Assembly (NCBI GenBank): GCA_963833985.1
Contig: CAWIAD010000001.1
Location: 832,001-896,000 of the forward strand
Direction of reading: 5' to 3'
Length of the DNA: 64,000 nucleotides
Source of the DNA: an uncultured Planctomycetaceae bacterium
Lineage (GTDB): Bacteria > Planctomycetota > Planctomycetia > Isosphaerales > Isosphaeraceae
The position numbers and the translations under genes were made by a program. The notes beneath the pieces were generated by a model. The model was not told the origin of the DNA. It saw only the letters and a list, made by a program, of their open reading frames with translations, and searched no databases. Numbering within the stretch: the first letter of the stretch is position 1; each line of letters begins with the position of its first letter. Of this stretch, positions 28,653 to 40,152 are shown in pieces.

Positions 28653-31472
28653 TTACTTGCTTGCCGGCCTGTCGCCGGCTTCCTTGAGCACCGTCTCCAG
28701 CGCCGTGCGGAGCTGTTCGCCGAGGTGCGGTCCGCCACCCACGAAGAGACGCGCCACGTTGCCGGCGCGGTCGATGACCACGGTTTGAGGTATGGCGCTG
28801 GCGGCATACTTTTCGGCGACTCCGCCGTCGCGATCGAGTGCCACGGCGGGGTGCAGCTTGTGCCGCTCGAGCATCGAGGTGATCTGCTGGGGCGACTCCT
28901 GCAAATTGACCGCAATCAGGTGCACGCCGCGGTCGCGGAACTCCTCGGCCACCTTTTCCACCTGCGGCATGGCTTGCAGACAAGGACCGCACCAGGTCGC
29001 CCAGAAGTCAAGGATGATCACCTTGCCGCGCGTTTCCGCCAGGTGGAACTTGGTACCGCCCAGGAGCTCGAGCACGAAGTCCGGAGCCGGCCGGCCCACG
29101 AGGGCGGACTCGGTGCCCACGGGCCGGCCCGAACTTGGCCCCCCGGCGTCGTCCTGGAAGGCTTTCGGCTCGATGGCGTTTTGCAGCTTCCACTGCTGGT
29201 GAACCAGGGTGGCCGCGGCCTGTTCGATGCATCCGCCGATGAGCAACTGATCGACGTCCCGCAGCGCGACCTGGCAGGCGCCCAGAACCTCGCTCCGGCC
29301 CGCGAGCACTCCCTGGGCCATTCGTTCGGCCAGGAAGGTCAGGCGGATGCCGTCATGGCAGACGGCCTGCACGCGGGTGACCGGAGCCGGCGCCGGGTCG
29401 GCAGGCTTCACGCCGGGCGCCGGTTGCTCGGGGTGCAGCCAGACGATGAGCGCCAGCCGGTCGCGAGGGATCTCGCGCGGCTCCAGCCGGATCTCCATCT
29501 GGAGCGAACGGTCGTCGAGCTTGATGAGCCGGCCGCGCAGGAAGTCACCGCTGCGCGAACGGACCAGGTGAGTCGGCGGATTGTCCTTCTGCATGCGAGG
29601 CAATGTGAGCAATCGCTCGCGCTTGACCCGGTTCAGCTTGATGGGCGGATCGCCGGCGAGCGCCAGCTCCACGGCCTGCACCTTGTCGTGCGGGACGAAC
29701 GTGCTCGCCGAGAGCGCTGTGCGAAAGGTCACCCCGCGCTCGTCTATGCCGGTAATCTCCGAGGGAATGACGTCGCCGCTCCGAAGGTAGAGGGCCTTTC
29801 GCTTGCCCCCGCTCTGTCCCGGTGATTCCCCGCTCAGGGCCGTGAGAAACCCCACGACGAAACCTCCTGGCCCCTGGGGCGGCGGAGGCGCCGACGGCCG
29901 CTGGACGGGCCGCGCAGGCGCGGGCTCCCGGTAGACGATCCGGCCCGAGACCCCATGGCACAGGGGACTGGCGCTGCGGCTTCCCTGTGGCTGCCACGCC
30001 AGGCAGCTTGCCGCGGGGCCCTCCGCACCGTCCACCAGGCGGCCGGGCAGCCGCACCCCTTCCAGCATGAGCACGCCGCTCTGCCCCCGGGTCTCTGATG
30101 CGTGCGATTCGGCCGGGCGGAGCACGACCAGCGAACGCAAGCCGGCCGCCGGCAGGTTCAGCACCTGCTGGAAACCGGGCACCCGCAGCGCAAGAGATTC
30201 TTGCTCCACTTTCAAGAGCGTGCCGCTATATCGCGATCCGTCCTGGTAGACCGCCGCCAGCGCCCGATCCCAGACCTCTGCCGGACGCGACAGGAACACT
30301 CCGCCGATCTGCTTTTCGGGCATGCGCGTCAGCCCCCGGTCGCCTCGGATGACGAATTCGCGCGACGCCGTGTCGAACCCGATGATCTGGCCGTACACGA
30401 TCGAACCGTCGTCCCAGTGGATCCGCGACCGATCCCCCTCCACCTGGCGCGGGGGTTCGCCATTCCAGCGGCCGATCCGCAACCGCTCCAGCCGCAAGTC
30501 GCCCCGCTTGTTGACGAGCGAGAGCCCGCCGTGCACCTGAGCCTGGCCGCCGGCCACTTTCACGTCCGCCAGCGGCTTGCCCCGAGCGTTGTAGACCAGG
30601 GCCCGTCCCTTCTCCTGGTCCAGGTAGGCCACCAGGTGAACTCGCCCCGCGCCCTGGCCCACCTCGCCCACCGAGGCCACGTCGGCCTCCTGCTCCGTCT
30701 CGCGCTGAATGATCAGATCGCGCTCCCAGACCTCGAACCGGAAGGCGCGCTGCACGGTCTTCTCATCCTCGCCCACGCCCAGGGCGAAAACAAAGTCGGG
30801 CTTGGTCTTCCAGGAGAGCTCGAACTCGAGGGTCGACCGCGCGGGAAGCTTGAAATCCCCGCGGATGGCCGCCCCTTCGCGATCGGTCCAGGGCTGTCCT
30901 TGCTCTTCACGCCAGTCCTCCTTGCCCGGCGGCTGCTGCCAGCCCAGAAGTCCGTTGGGGCCCAGGTAAACAAGGTCGGCGCTGGAACGCCAGCGGTACA
31001 TTCGATTGATCACCGAGCGATCGACGCGAACCCGGCCCAGACCGGCAATCTCCAGCTCCGCGGCGTGCTCATCGAGCGTCAACAATGAGCCAAAGGCGAC
31101 ATCGCCGCCAGCCATCTCGAAGCAGTAGTCGCCCACCGGCCGCGGCAGCTCGGCTGGGACGGCGAGATGAACCGCGGAAAGGGAGGTCAAGCTGAAGTCC
31201 AGCGGTGCCGTGAAGGCGGGGCTTTGCCAGCGGAGGGTCTCGGGCCGGCCGGATGGCACGAGCGTCCCGTGCACGAAACCGCCGTTGTAAAGGTGAAGCA
31301 TGCCGCCAGCGGAGGCCGTGCGACCAGCCCCTGGCGGTGCAGCCTGCGCGGTGCCGGTCGCCCCCAGCCAGGCAGCCAGAACCATCAAGGCGATCGAGTG
31401 CCGGCACACCAGTGCGGACCGGCGGCACGCGGATTCGGCACGGCAAAGTGAAGGCATCGACTCACCGTTCAT
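28653..31472 (-). CDS. Large exported protein with a C-terminal TlpA/thioredoxin domain
   Basis: Signal peptide; repeated L.L..GD...G modules; APDFVLELLGG...ILDFWATWCGPC. Confidence 0.85.
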   Translation of the reverse strand: MNGESMPSLCRAESACRRSALVCRHSIALMVLAAWLGATGTAQAAPPGAGRTASAGGMLHLYNGGFVHGTLVPSGRPETLRWQSPAFTAPLDFSLTSLSAVHLAVPAELPRPVGDYCFEMAGGDVAFGSLLTLDEHAAELEIAGLGRVRVDRSVINRMYRWRSSADLVYLGPNGLLGWQQPPGKEDWREEQGQPWTDREGAAIRGDFKLPARSTLEFELSWKTKPDFVFALGVGEDEKTVQRAFRFEVWERDLIIQRETEQEADVASVGEVGQGAGRVHLVAYLDQEKGRALVYNARGKPLADVKVAGGQAQVHGGLSLVNKRGDLRLERLRIGRWNGEPPRQVEGDRSRIHWDDGSIVYGQIIGFDTASREFVIRGDRGLTRMPEKQIGGVFLSRPAEVWDRALAAVYQDGSRYSGTLLKVEQESLALRVPGFQQVLNLPAAGLRSLVVLRPAESHASETRGQSGVLMLEGVRLPGRLVDGAEGPAASCLAWQPQGSRSASPLCHGVSGRIVYREPAPARPVQRPSAPPPPQGPGGFVVGFLTALSGESPGQSGGKRKALYLRSGDVIPSEITGIDERGVTFRTALSASTFVPHDKVQAVELALAGDPPIKLNRVKRERLLTLPRMQKDNPPTHLVRSRSGDFLRGRLIKLDDRSLQMEIRLEPREIPRDRLALIVWLHPEQPAPGVKPADPAPAPVTRVQAVCHDGIRLTFLAERMAQGVLAGRSEVLGACQVALRDVDQLLIGGCIEQAAATLVHQQWKLQNAIEPKAFQDDAGGPSSGRPVGTESALVGRPAPDFVLELLGGTKFHLAETRGKVIILDFWATWCGPCLQAMPQVEKVAEEFRDRGVHLIAVNLQESPQQITSMLERHKLHPAVALDRDGGVAEKYAASAIPQTVVIDRAGNVARLFVGGGPHLGEQLRTALETVLKEAGDRPASK

Positions 31473-32646
31473 AGATGGGCAGGAAGCGGTAGTTCAGCGC
31501 CAGGGCCAGCAGTGAGAAAGACGTTGAGAGCGTGGGCCCGAGTTGCCCCTGGAAGCTGCCATCCGGCTTCTGTGCGGCCTTGAGCTGGCGGACGAGCAGC
31601 TTGTTCCACTTCTCCCAGGCGTTGAGATCGGCCTGGAAGAGCGCCTGGGCCTGGTAGTAGCGGGCGTACTCCGGCCACTGGTGGGTAATTTGCTGCTCCA
31701 GCCTTTGCTTCAGGTAGTCCGCCGTGGCCTTGTATTCCGGCAGCTCCTTGCGCCGGCCGACCGCATAGACCAGCGAGGCGATCGAGATCCGGGCAATCGA
31801 TTCATCGAAGCCGCCGATCCCGCCGGTGTACGCGACCTGTCCCGAGGGAGCCGTCATCTGCTTGTAGAAAGCGAGGGCCTTGTCGATGGCCTGGTCGGGA
31901 ATCTCGATGCCGGCGTTTCGCGCGGCGAGCAGGCCGACGAGCACGGCCCCACTCACGGAAGTGTCGGCGTCGGAGGCGTCGGGCGAATACCTCCAGCCGC
32001 CCAGCGAGTTCTTCTTCTGCGACGTCACCGCGGCGCGGACGGCCAGCTCGAGCGCCTGGCCAATGGTCCTTGGCCCCTTGCCATCGGGCCAGAGCGTCCG
32101 CTCGTCCACGGCTCCATAGGCTTCGGCCAGGGCAAGCATCGCGAAGCCGTGGTGGTACATGCTGTCGCCCATGATGCCCGTGCTGGAATCTTGCGACTTG
32201 ATGAGCCAGCGCACGCTCCGGCGCACGTGATTGCTGTACTGGCCGAAATTGGGATCCTCGCCCGAAGCCAGGAAGGCGAGCAGGCTCAGCCCCACGGGGC
32301 CCGGTCCTTCCTCGTAGCCCCCGCCGCTCCACTCCCCCTTGTCCGTCTGCTTCGACGCCAGGTACTGGAGGCCGTGGTCGTACATCTCGCGCACGTCGCG
32401 CGGCACGACCTCGCCAAACTTCGGCCCGGGGAGCAGGTCTTGCGCACGGCATGCGGGACCGGTCATCCCGGCGACCAACGAGGCGAAGAGAATCGCCAGC
32501 GCGGTGGCCAGCAACCGTCGGCAGCCTGGCACGTTCGCTGGCGAAGCAGGGACGATCGCCGCGGGGATCTCAGCCCGCCTGGTTGTTTCGCGGGCCAGAT
32601 CGGCCGGTTCCCCCCTGGTTGTTGTGCAGGCAATGGCAAGGATCAT
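31462..32646 (-). CDS. Prenyltransferase/squalene-cyclase-repeat protein
   Basis: GLQYLASKQTDKGEW, MYHHGFAMLALAEAYG, GGWRYSP, DTSVSG, QKPDGSF. Confidence 0.85.
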   Translation of the reverse strand: MILAIACTTTRGEPADLARETTRRAEIPAAIVPASPANVPGCRRLLATALAILFASLVAGMTGPACRAQDLLPGPKFGEVVPRDVREMYDHGLQYLASKQTDKGEWSGGGYEEGPGPVGLSLLAFLASGEDPNFGQYSNHVRRSVRWLIKSQDSSTGIMGDSMYHHGFAMLALAEAYGAVDERTLWPDGKGPRTIGQALELAVRAAVTSQKKNSLGGWRYSPDASDADTSVSGAVLVGLLAARNAGIEIPDQAIDKALAFYKQMTAPSGQVAYTGGIGGFDESIARISIASLVYAVGRRKELPEYKATADYLKQRLEQQITHQWPEYARYYQAQALFQADLNAWEKWNKLLVRQLKAAQKPDGSFQGQLGPTLSTSFSLLALALNYRFLPIYER

Positions 32647-33662
32647 GGTTTCTGGACTTCCGCACTGAGGTGCGATCGCGAGACCCGCGGCAGGGACCCT
32701 CGTCGCTTACCGCTTCGGTTCGGGTTTGGCAAAGACTTGCTCGGGAAGGTCCGGCACGGCGGGTCTGCGCCGGGAGCCCGGAGGCCGCGCAGTACCCCGG
32801 CTGCGCCACGGTCCGCCTGGGCGTGCTGCGGCAGAAGTCCCTGGTTCTGAAGGAATCGCTCCATGCCCCGCGCCTGGTCGAGCTGCCGTTTCAGAAGGAG
32901 CCACTGCCGCTCATCGAACAGCGGCTGCAAGCGCGCTGGCGAGACTTGACCGGCCATATACATCACGAGGTAATAATCATACTGGCCGAACCGCGTGGGA
33001 GTCTCGGTCTCGTTCAGGATCAGTTCCACCAGCCGGCGGCGCTGGTCGTCGCGCAAGCCCACCGACTGGTCAAGCTGGGCCACCACCAGCTCCACCTTGG
33101 CCTTGTAGCGGAACCGGTTCCTCTCGCACAGCACCTGCTTGCACCGGGCCAGCTCTGTCTCGGGGAGCACGCGGTGGACCGTCTTCCAGTACAGCGATCC
33201 TTCGTTGAACAGGCCCGAGCGGAGCGCCGCCTGAAGCGGCAGGATCTGCTGGTAGCTCTCGTTGAACTTGTTTTGATCATTCTTGATGTGAACGAGCAGC
33301 TTGCGTTTCTCTTCCACCTGGTCGAGAAACCGCTTGATGTCTCCCCGGCCGGCCAGCAGGAGCTTCTGCTTCTGGGAAGGCGAGAGAGCGCACATCGTGG
33401 CGACGTCCTCGACCTGGAGGACCAGCAGCGATTCGAGCCGGCTGCGCCCCGCCCGTGCCGTGCGCGATGACCCGAAGATCCACTGATCGAACTGATCGTC
33501 GCTCACCACGAGGACCTGCTGGCCCGGCAGCATGACTTCCTGCACGGGCTCTTCTTCCTCCTCGGTGACCACCTGGCCGGAGCAGGGCCGAGTCGAGCAA
33601 GCAACCGCCAGGCCAGCCAGACAGAGAAGCCAGCCAAAATGCAGATCGTGCCGGCAGGTCAC
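32643..33662 (-). CDS. Exported helical protein with LTxxQ-like repeats (3' end uncertain)
   Basis: GTG overlaps the upstream stop; LSPSQKQKL, LRDDQRRRL, FDERQW; paralogous to the next gene. Confidence 0.7.
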   Translation of the reverse strand: MTCRHDLHFGWLLCLAGLAVACSTRPCSGQVVTEEEEEPVQEVMLPGQQVLVVSDDQFDQWIFGSSRTARAGRSRLESLLVLQVEDVATMCALSPSQKQKLLLAGRGDIKRFLDQVEEKRKLLVHIKNDQNKFNESYQQILPLQAALRSGLFNEGSLYWKTVHRVLPETELARCKQVLCERNRFRYKAKVELVVAQLDQSVGLRDDQRRRLVELILNETETPTRFGQYDYYLVMYMAGQVSPARLQPLFDERQWLLLKRQLDQARGMERFLQNQGLLPQHAQADRGAAGVLRGLRAPGADPPCRTFPSKSLPNPNRSGKRRGSLPRVSRSHLSAEVQKP

Positions 33663-34606
33663 GGCCTTTTCCCCCCGGCGTCCCCGGCCTTCCCCGCGTC
33701 CGCCAGCTCCGGGTCGTCGAGCGGGTCGTTCTCCTGGTTGCCCGCGCCAAAGCTGAAACCCCAGAAGACATTGGTATTCCTGGGCACTCTTCGCCAGGCA
33801 TCCCGCTGCGGCTCGGTCAGTATCGGCATCACGAGCTGGTCGGGGATGCTGGGGAAGAAGTTCTCCAGGTTCATGAGCATCTCCAGCGACTGGCCCCAGG
33901 AATCTTTCCAGTTGGCCGTGAGCGAACGGACAAGCCGAATGCGCTGGTCGGCCGTGAGCATCAGGTCCTCGTCGAGCTTGGCGATCAGGTTGTCGATCAC
34001 GAGCTGCTTGCGGCTGGCGATGCGCTTCTCCAGTTCGGTCTTGTACCGGCCGACCTGTTCCGCGGAGAGCAGGGGGGTGATCGCCCTGGCCAGCTCCTGC
34101 TCCATGAGCTGACGCGGATCGGGATACTGGGAACCGGGCCGCCAGCCTCCGCGCATCATCTTCTGCTGCTCCACGACGAAGCTCTTCGCCGCGCCCCGGC
34201 TCACGCTTTCTCTGAGACGGGCCAGTTGCTTGCGCTGGTCCGTACTGAGGTCGCACGCGTTGCGAATGAAGTAGTACTCGCTGCGGAAGAGCGGACGGAA
34301 GTGCTGGACGTACTGCGCGGCCTGCGCATCGATGGCTGCCACGTTGCCGGCCTGCGCAGCGTGAGCCTGGGCCGGCAGCAAGGGTATGGCCCTGATCGCC
34401 TTCGTGACCTCGGCCGCCCTGAGCTTGACCGCAGCCTGCTTCTTCGCCGCGTCCGGACGGGCCGGCTGGACCGCTTTCTTCTGAACCGGCGGTTGGACCG
34501 GCGTGGCGGGAGTCAGAACATCCTGGGCGTGGCCGAGCACGAGCGTCGCAGCCGGAAACGCCGACGCGACGCTCACGAGCAGAAGCATGTCATGCAGCCG
34601 TCTCAT
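33659..34606 (-). CDS. Exported helical protein with LTxxQ-like repeats
   Basis: Signal peptide; LSTDQRKQL, LSAEQ, LTADQRIRL, LTEPQR. Confidence 0.75.
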   Translation of the reverse strand: MRRLHDMLLLVSVASAFPAATLVLGHAQDVLTPATPVQPPVQKKAVQPARPDAAKKQAAVKLRAAEVTKAIRAIPLLPAQAHAAQAGNVAAIDAQAAQYVQHFRPLFRSEYYFIRNACDLSTDQRKQLARLRESVSRGAAKSFVVEQQKMMRGGWRPGSQYPDPRQLMEQELARAITPLLSAEQVGRYKTELEKRIASRKQLVIDNLIAKLDEDLMLTADQRIRLVRSLTANWKDSWGQSLEMLMNLENFFPSIPDQLVMPILTEPQRDAWRRVPRNTNVFWGFSFGAGNQENDPLDDPELADAGKAGDAGGKRP

Positions 34607-34627
34607 TCGCGACAGTCTCCCGCATGC

Positions 34628-37600
34628 TCATTGCCCGCCGGCGCCGCGCTCCAGCCGGTTGAAATACTCATCGAGCCCGGCTCGGAACTCCTCGGGCAGG
34701 GCCGGCCCCGACTGGCCTGTCGCCTGGGAGACGCCGTGATCCTCGCGGACTTCCTTCTGGTTCACGCCCGATCCCAGCAGCGCGAGGGCCGAATCAATGG
34801 TCTTGCCCGAGCCGCCCCCGCCCGGACTGGCGCCGCCACCACCGCCGCCCTTGGGATTGATGCGCTTCGATTTGAGGAGCAGCTCGATGGCCTCGGTCTC
34901 GGCCGCGATGGCTTGCGGGCCGGTATCCGGCTGGGCCAGGATGCCAGTCGCCTCGTTCATGACCCCGGCCACCTGGCCCAGCAGGCCGATCTCGTAGCCG
35001 AAGGCGGTCTCGGCATCGGGAAGCTGGCGAATGCGCTCGACCACCTTGTCCACCCGCACCTTGAGCTCGTCCTGGCTGTGCGAGAGCTGCACCGCCTGGC
35101 GCCCGTAATCCTCCGTGGAGATTGCGGTACGGGCCTGCTCGCCGACGCGCGTCTCCTCGCGCAGGCTGACTTCACCTTCGAGAATTTGCAGAACTTCCAG
35201 CACGATCGAGGGCGGCAAACTGCCGCGCGATTTGGCGCCCGGTCATGTGCCGCCCGAGACGGGGTCGACCAGGTCGTCGGCCCAGCGGTCGAGCGTGTCG
35301 GACCAGTACTCGCACTGGGCGATCGCCAGGCCCTCTTCCTTCTTGACCTCGTCGCTCAGGGACCGCAGGCTGCCGACCACGTCGAGCTTGCGCATTTCGT
35401 CGAGCACGGTCTTGAACTGGAGAAACCGCCGGCGCTCGAAGTAGGCGTGCATGTCATCCATGATCACCGATACCGTCTGGCTTCCCTTGGCTTCTTGCTG
35501 AGCCATCTCGGCGATCACCTTCGCGGCTGCGCCCGAGCCGCGGGCGCGGCCAGTCCGAAGGCGTCGCGCAGCTCGTCGATGAGCTTGCCGGCGACGGTGT
35601 ACTGTGTCCGCGAGGCCGCCTTCAGCCGCTTGACCAGCGTGCTTCCTTCCAGGTTGGCGAGCACCCGGTTCAGCTCGTCGGCGATCTTCTCGAACTCGGC
35701 GAGCAGGTCTTGCTGCTTGGCGACCGCCTCATCCAGCTTCTGACTCGTGGGGCAGGCCGCACTGTCCTTGCTCTTGCCGGGCAGCGTGGTCACCGGCAGC
35801 GTCAGCCGCGGCTGGCCGGCCGGCTTGGGCGGGGGCGGCGGGCCGGCGTTCTTGTCCAGCGGCTGCTGCGACGATTCGCGGTCGACCACCTGGGGTACTC
35901 CGGAGGCGGCCTTGGGCGCGTCCTTCGGATCCGGCGGTGCCGGGCCCCTGCGCGTGTCGCGCACCATGCCCGCCAAGGGCGTCGGCTTCCCCTGGGACGG
36001 CGGCGCGCTGGCCTGGGGAGACTGCGACGCCTGCCGCAGCAGGTCCGCCACGGTGGGTATGCGGTTGGCCGAGATGTCCTTGAGGATCTGTAGCATCTCG
36101 GCCCACTTCTCCAGGTGGCCCACGCCGAACTCGGGGTTGCGCATCGCCTGCTGCACCAGGTCTTCACCGCTGGCCACCAGGGTCGTCAGCCGGCGGCCAT
36201 TGCTCCGCTCGGCGTCGGCCTGGGTGTCGATCCGCCGCCTCACCTCGGGCCGATCCAGCTCGTCGGACGTCAGGCGCGGAGCTGCTTGTTGGTCTCGAAG
36301 AGCTGAAGCTCGCGGTCGCGCACCTCGAGCGACTGGCGATGCCAGCGGTTGAGCTGCTCCGTGATCCAGAGCGCGTGCTGCTCGGGGCTCATGACCACCA
36401 GCAGGTAGGCCGGCGAGTAGACCCGCCCGCGGCCCGGAAAGTAGTCCTCGGCGAAGACCCGCACATGCACCGGCTGTGGTTCGATGCCCAGCGACTTCGC
36501 CGAGAAGGCGCCGGCGAGCTCGAGGGCTTCCTTGTCCTGGCCACCAGCCGCCAGGATCCGCTCGCCTTTCGCCGGAGCCTTGACCAGCGATCCGGGGACC
36601 CCGCGCCATTCGATGCCGACCCGCTGGACGCCAAAATCGTCCTGGGCGCGGACCTTGAACTGGAGCGTCTCGGAATCGAGCACCACCTTCTGGCGGGGCA
36701 GGTTCTCGCAGGAGATCGACGGCGGCTCATCGTCCTTGCCGGTGATCGACAGCACGAACGGCGCCCGGCCCGCCAGGCCGAACTCGTCCTGCCAGCGGAA
36801 TTCCATGGTGCGGGTGCCGTCTACCAGGGCCGGCTCGCTGGCGAGGCTGGCGCCTTCAGGCTGCTGGGGCCGGCCATCGACGTCCGCGGCCTTCAACTCG
36901 CGGCTGGCAACGGCCGTGAACCGAGCCGTGGCCCCCTTGACGATCGCCACCGTTCCCCCGCGCACGTCCCTGTGCTGGGTGCCGCTCCGGCCCAGGTAGC
37001 CGGGAAGCATCACGTCCGCAACCACGGAGGTCAGTTCGGGCCGCAAGGTCGGCAGCACGCGCACGTGCTGGGACCAGTCGCCGATGCGGACGTCCATCCA
37101 GCCCGGGTCGATCTGAGCAGGCAGCTCGAACTGGTAGCCGCCGTCCGCGAGCGCGGCCGCGACGGGGCGCTGTTCGCCCAGGTTCGCCGTCCCCGCGCCG
37201 GGCCGCCAGGCCGTCTTCTCGGCCAGACGGGCCGCCACCGTGAAGGGCTCGCCATGCGCCACGAACATCCGCCCGGGCAACGGCTGCACGGCCGCGAAGG
37301 TGTAGCGGGGAATGGGTCTCCAGGGCGCCAGCAATCGCTTCCAGGCATTGCTCGCCGCGTCGGGGCAGAGAGCCGCCAGTCCGATCGCGCAGCACGCGCC
37401 GGCAGCCATCAGAGAGATCCAGAGCCGATGCCTGGGGTTGGGCACGGCGGCCCGGAAATCGCGGTGACGGGCGTCCTCGGCCACCTGGGCCACGGCCGCC
37501 TGGCAGAGCGCCCGCGACCGGGCCTGCTCGGCATCGCTCTCGACCAGCTCGATCACGCCCAGGAGCTGATCGCCGATGCGCGGTTCGTTGCGGCCCAGCA

Positions 37601-37892
37601 GCCGCGCTAATTGCTCCATGCGGCGGTGCCGCCAGACCCAGCGGTACAGCGCCAGCGGAACCAGGCCCATGCCCGCCCAGACGGCCAGAAAGAGGATCAG
37701 GCGGACCCAGCCCGGCGTGTCCCACGCACGGTCGACGGCAAAGAGTGCCAGGAACGCGACGAAGAGCCCGAACCCGGCCGCGGCCAGGGCCTCGGTCATC
37801 TTGATCGACCAGACCCGGCGGCGGTAGTCGCGCAACTGGCCCTGGAGGGAGTCGGGCAACTGGAGACGCTCGAGCGGAAGCTCTGTGCTCAT
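34628..37892 (-). CDS. Large membrane-anchored coiled-coil protein (DUF4175-like), split by about three frameshifts
   Basis: ORFs 36270-37892, 35515-~36270, 35243-35518 and 34628-35218 are colinear; N-terminal TMs, Ig-like AQDDFG and AEDYFP, C-terminal LPEEFRAGLDEYFNRL. Confidence 0.75.
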
Positions 37893-37940
37893 GGCATCCT
37901 CACGATCGACGGGTCGCGAATCGTTCCCACGGCAGTCCTA

Positions 37941-40152
37941 TCATACGAGACCGATCACCTTGCGTCCCACCCAGAAAACTCCCAGCAGCACCACAATCGC
38001 GGCGCCCGCCACCGGGTGGCACCAGAGCTGGACCCTGCGCACCGAAGGGGGCGGATCGGGCAGCTCGGCGAGTGACCGGATCACCTCGTCCAGTTTGTCG
38101 GCCTCGATGACCTGGCCGCGCGTCACGCGGGCGATCTCATCAAGCACGTCCAGCCGCGCCGGGCGGCCCATCCGCTCGGCCGCGGAGCCTTGCACGAAGA
38201 AGCTGGTTTCCAGGGTCGCTCCGGTCTGCTTGCAGGCCAGGGCCAGCTCGTGCTTGCCCGGCTCCGACGGAGTGAACTGGCCGCTGAAGACGCCCCACTC
38301 CTCACCCGCGGAGACGAACTGCACCCGCTGGCTCTTGCCCGAAGGCGCCATGACAAGCGCCGACACCTCGCCCGACTTGAGCGGCTCGCCGGAACGCTCC
38401 ATGATGTTGGCGTGCAGCGAGACCGTCTGGTTGATCCTCGGCTGATCGGGCACGTAATACAGACGCATCGTCTCGCCCCGGGCCATGTTCCGCTGGTAGG
38501 CCATCCACCGCACCACCTGGCCCCAGAAGCGGTAGTGGTACTTGTCCTCCACTCCCTTGCGCCATCGCCAGGCGCCGTCGGTGCCCATGAACAGGACCTT
38601 GCCCGCGCCGAAGGTGCGGGTGGCCAGGAGCGGCAACCGGCCGTACTCATTGACCGCGTCCTTGTGCACGGCCAGCACCTCGCTGCCCGCCCTGGCGCGC
38701 AGCACCGGGGCATACCACTGGAAGCCGGGCAATCCTTCCCACACCTCCGCATTGTCGTCCTGGGTATCGGCCAGTTTGGTCAGCAGGCTGGTGCGGCCGC
38801 TCTCGGTGAGCTCGAAGTGGTTCGGTGTGCGCGAGCCCCAACCGTTCGGCTGGGCGGCGTCGAGCAGCACCGGGCAGAGGTCGCCCAGCTCGGTCTCCAG
38901 CAGCGATAACTCTCTTCCCTCCATGCCCGGCATGAACACCAGCCCGCTGGCCTGGTACTCCACCAGCCCCTTGATGAGCCGGCATTGCTCCGCGGTCAAC
39001 TGCTCGTCGGCCGTGCCCACGTCGCCCAGGAAGACCACGTCATACTTCGACAGCTCATCGAGGCCGGATGGGAACTGCTTGATGTAGTCCTTGTTGCCTC
39101 CGCCCACCTTCGAAAGCCCCGGGTGGAAGAGCAGGCAGGAGACCTCCACGCCCGGGTCGCGTGAGAGCGCGTTGCGCAGATAGCGGTATTCCCAGCGCGG
39201 GTACGACTCGATCACCAGCACCCGCAGCCGCTCCTCGCGGATCGAGATCGGCGCCGTCATGCGGTTGTTGTCGGCCAGCGTCTCATCGGGATGCCTGGGA
39301 ACTTCCAGGGTGAGCGTGAAGCTGCCGGTGGACCGGGGCTTCCAGACCATCCAGTCGCTGGTGCGGCTCATGGGCGCGATCTTCACCTCGCGCGTCACCT
39401 CGTCGCCGTCGGAGCTGCGCAGGGTGACGCTGGTCAGGTATTCGCGCGGCAGGGCACTGTCGATGGTAAAGGGGATCCGCACCGACTTGCCGGCCACGCC
39501 GAAGGTAGGGGCGTCGAGCGTGAGCAGCTCGACATCCGGCAGGCGGCTGGCACTTCCCGCGGGAACCACGAACACGGGCACACCGGCAACCCGCAGGCGC
39601 GCCGCGGCCTGCACCGGCGGGGGGCCTTCGTTCCAGTCGCCATCAGAGGTAAGCACCACGCCGCGCAGGTTGGGAATCCGCTCCAGTGCCCGCGCGTAGA
39701 GGCTCATTCAGGTCGGTCCCGTGTCCGGGCCTCTGCGGTGAGAATGCCTGGATGATCACGTTCCTGCGCTCCCGCAGCTTCGTCCACGTGCCCGGATCGC
39801 CCAGGGGCGCGACGGCCTCGCGCCGGGTGAGCAGCGAGGGCGCCGGGCTGGAGCCGCCCTTGCCCCGGACCACCACGTCGCGCGTGTCCATGCTGGGCGA
39901 CGCGTCGTGCAGCACGGCCACCGCGGGCTGCTCCTCGGGACGGTATTCCTCGACCCACTCCGGCTGGTTCAGGACCAGGGCGGCAATGATCACCAGGCAG
40001 AGCCGCACCAGCTCCAGGAGCCCCATCCCGCGGTGGTAACCGCTCCGCCGCCAGGCCACCACGCCGAGCACCGCGGTGATGGTCACCAGCACCACCGAGA
40101 GGGCCAGCGACCAGGGCGTCCAGAGGAAGGCCAGCGACCGGGAGACGCTCAT
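37941..40152 (-). CDS. Membrane protein with vWA-like and class I GATase-like domains, frameshifted near 39700
   Basis: VLHDASPSMD, VVLTSDGDWN, VLVIESYPRWEYRYLRNAL, FGAGKVLFMGTDGAWRWR. Confidence 0.8.

Noticed and set aside
31462..32646. Squalene-hopene cyclase / terpene cluster
   Set aside because: Too short, no DXDD motif, and the context is the MoxR-vWA operon
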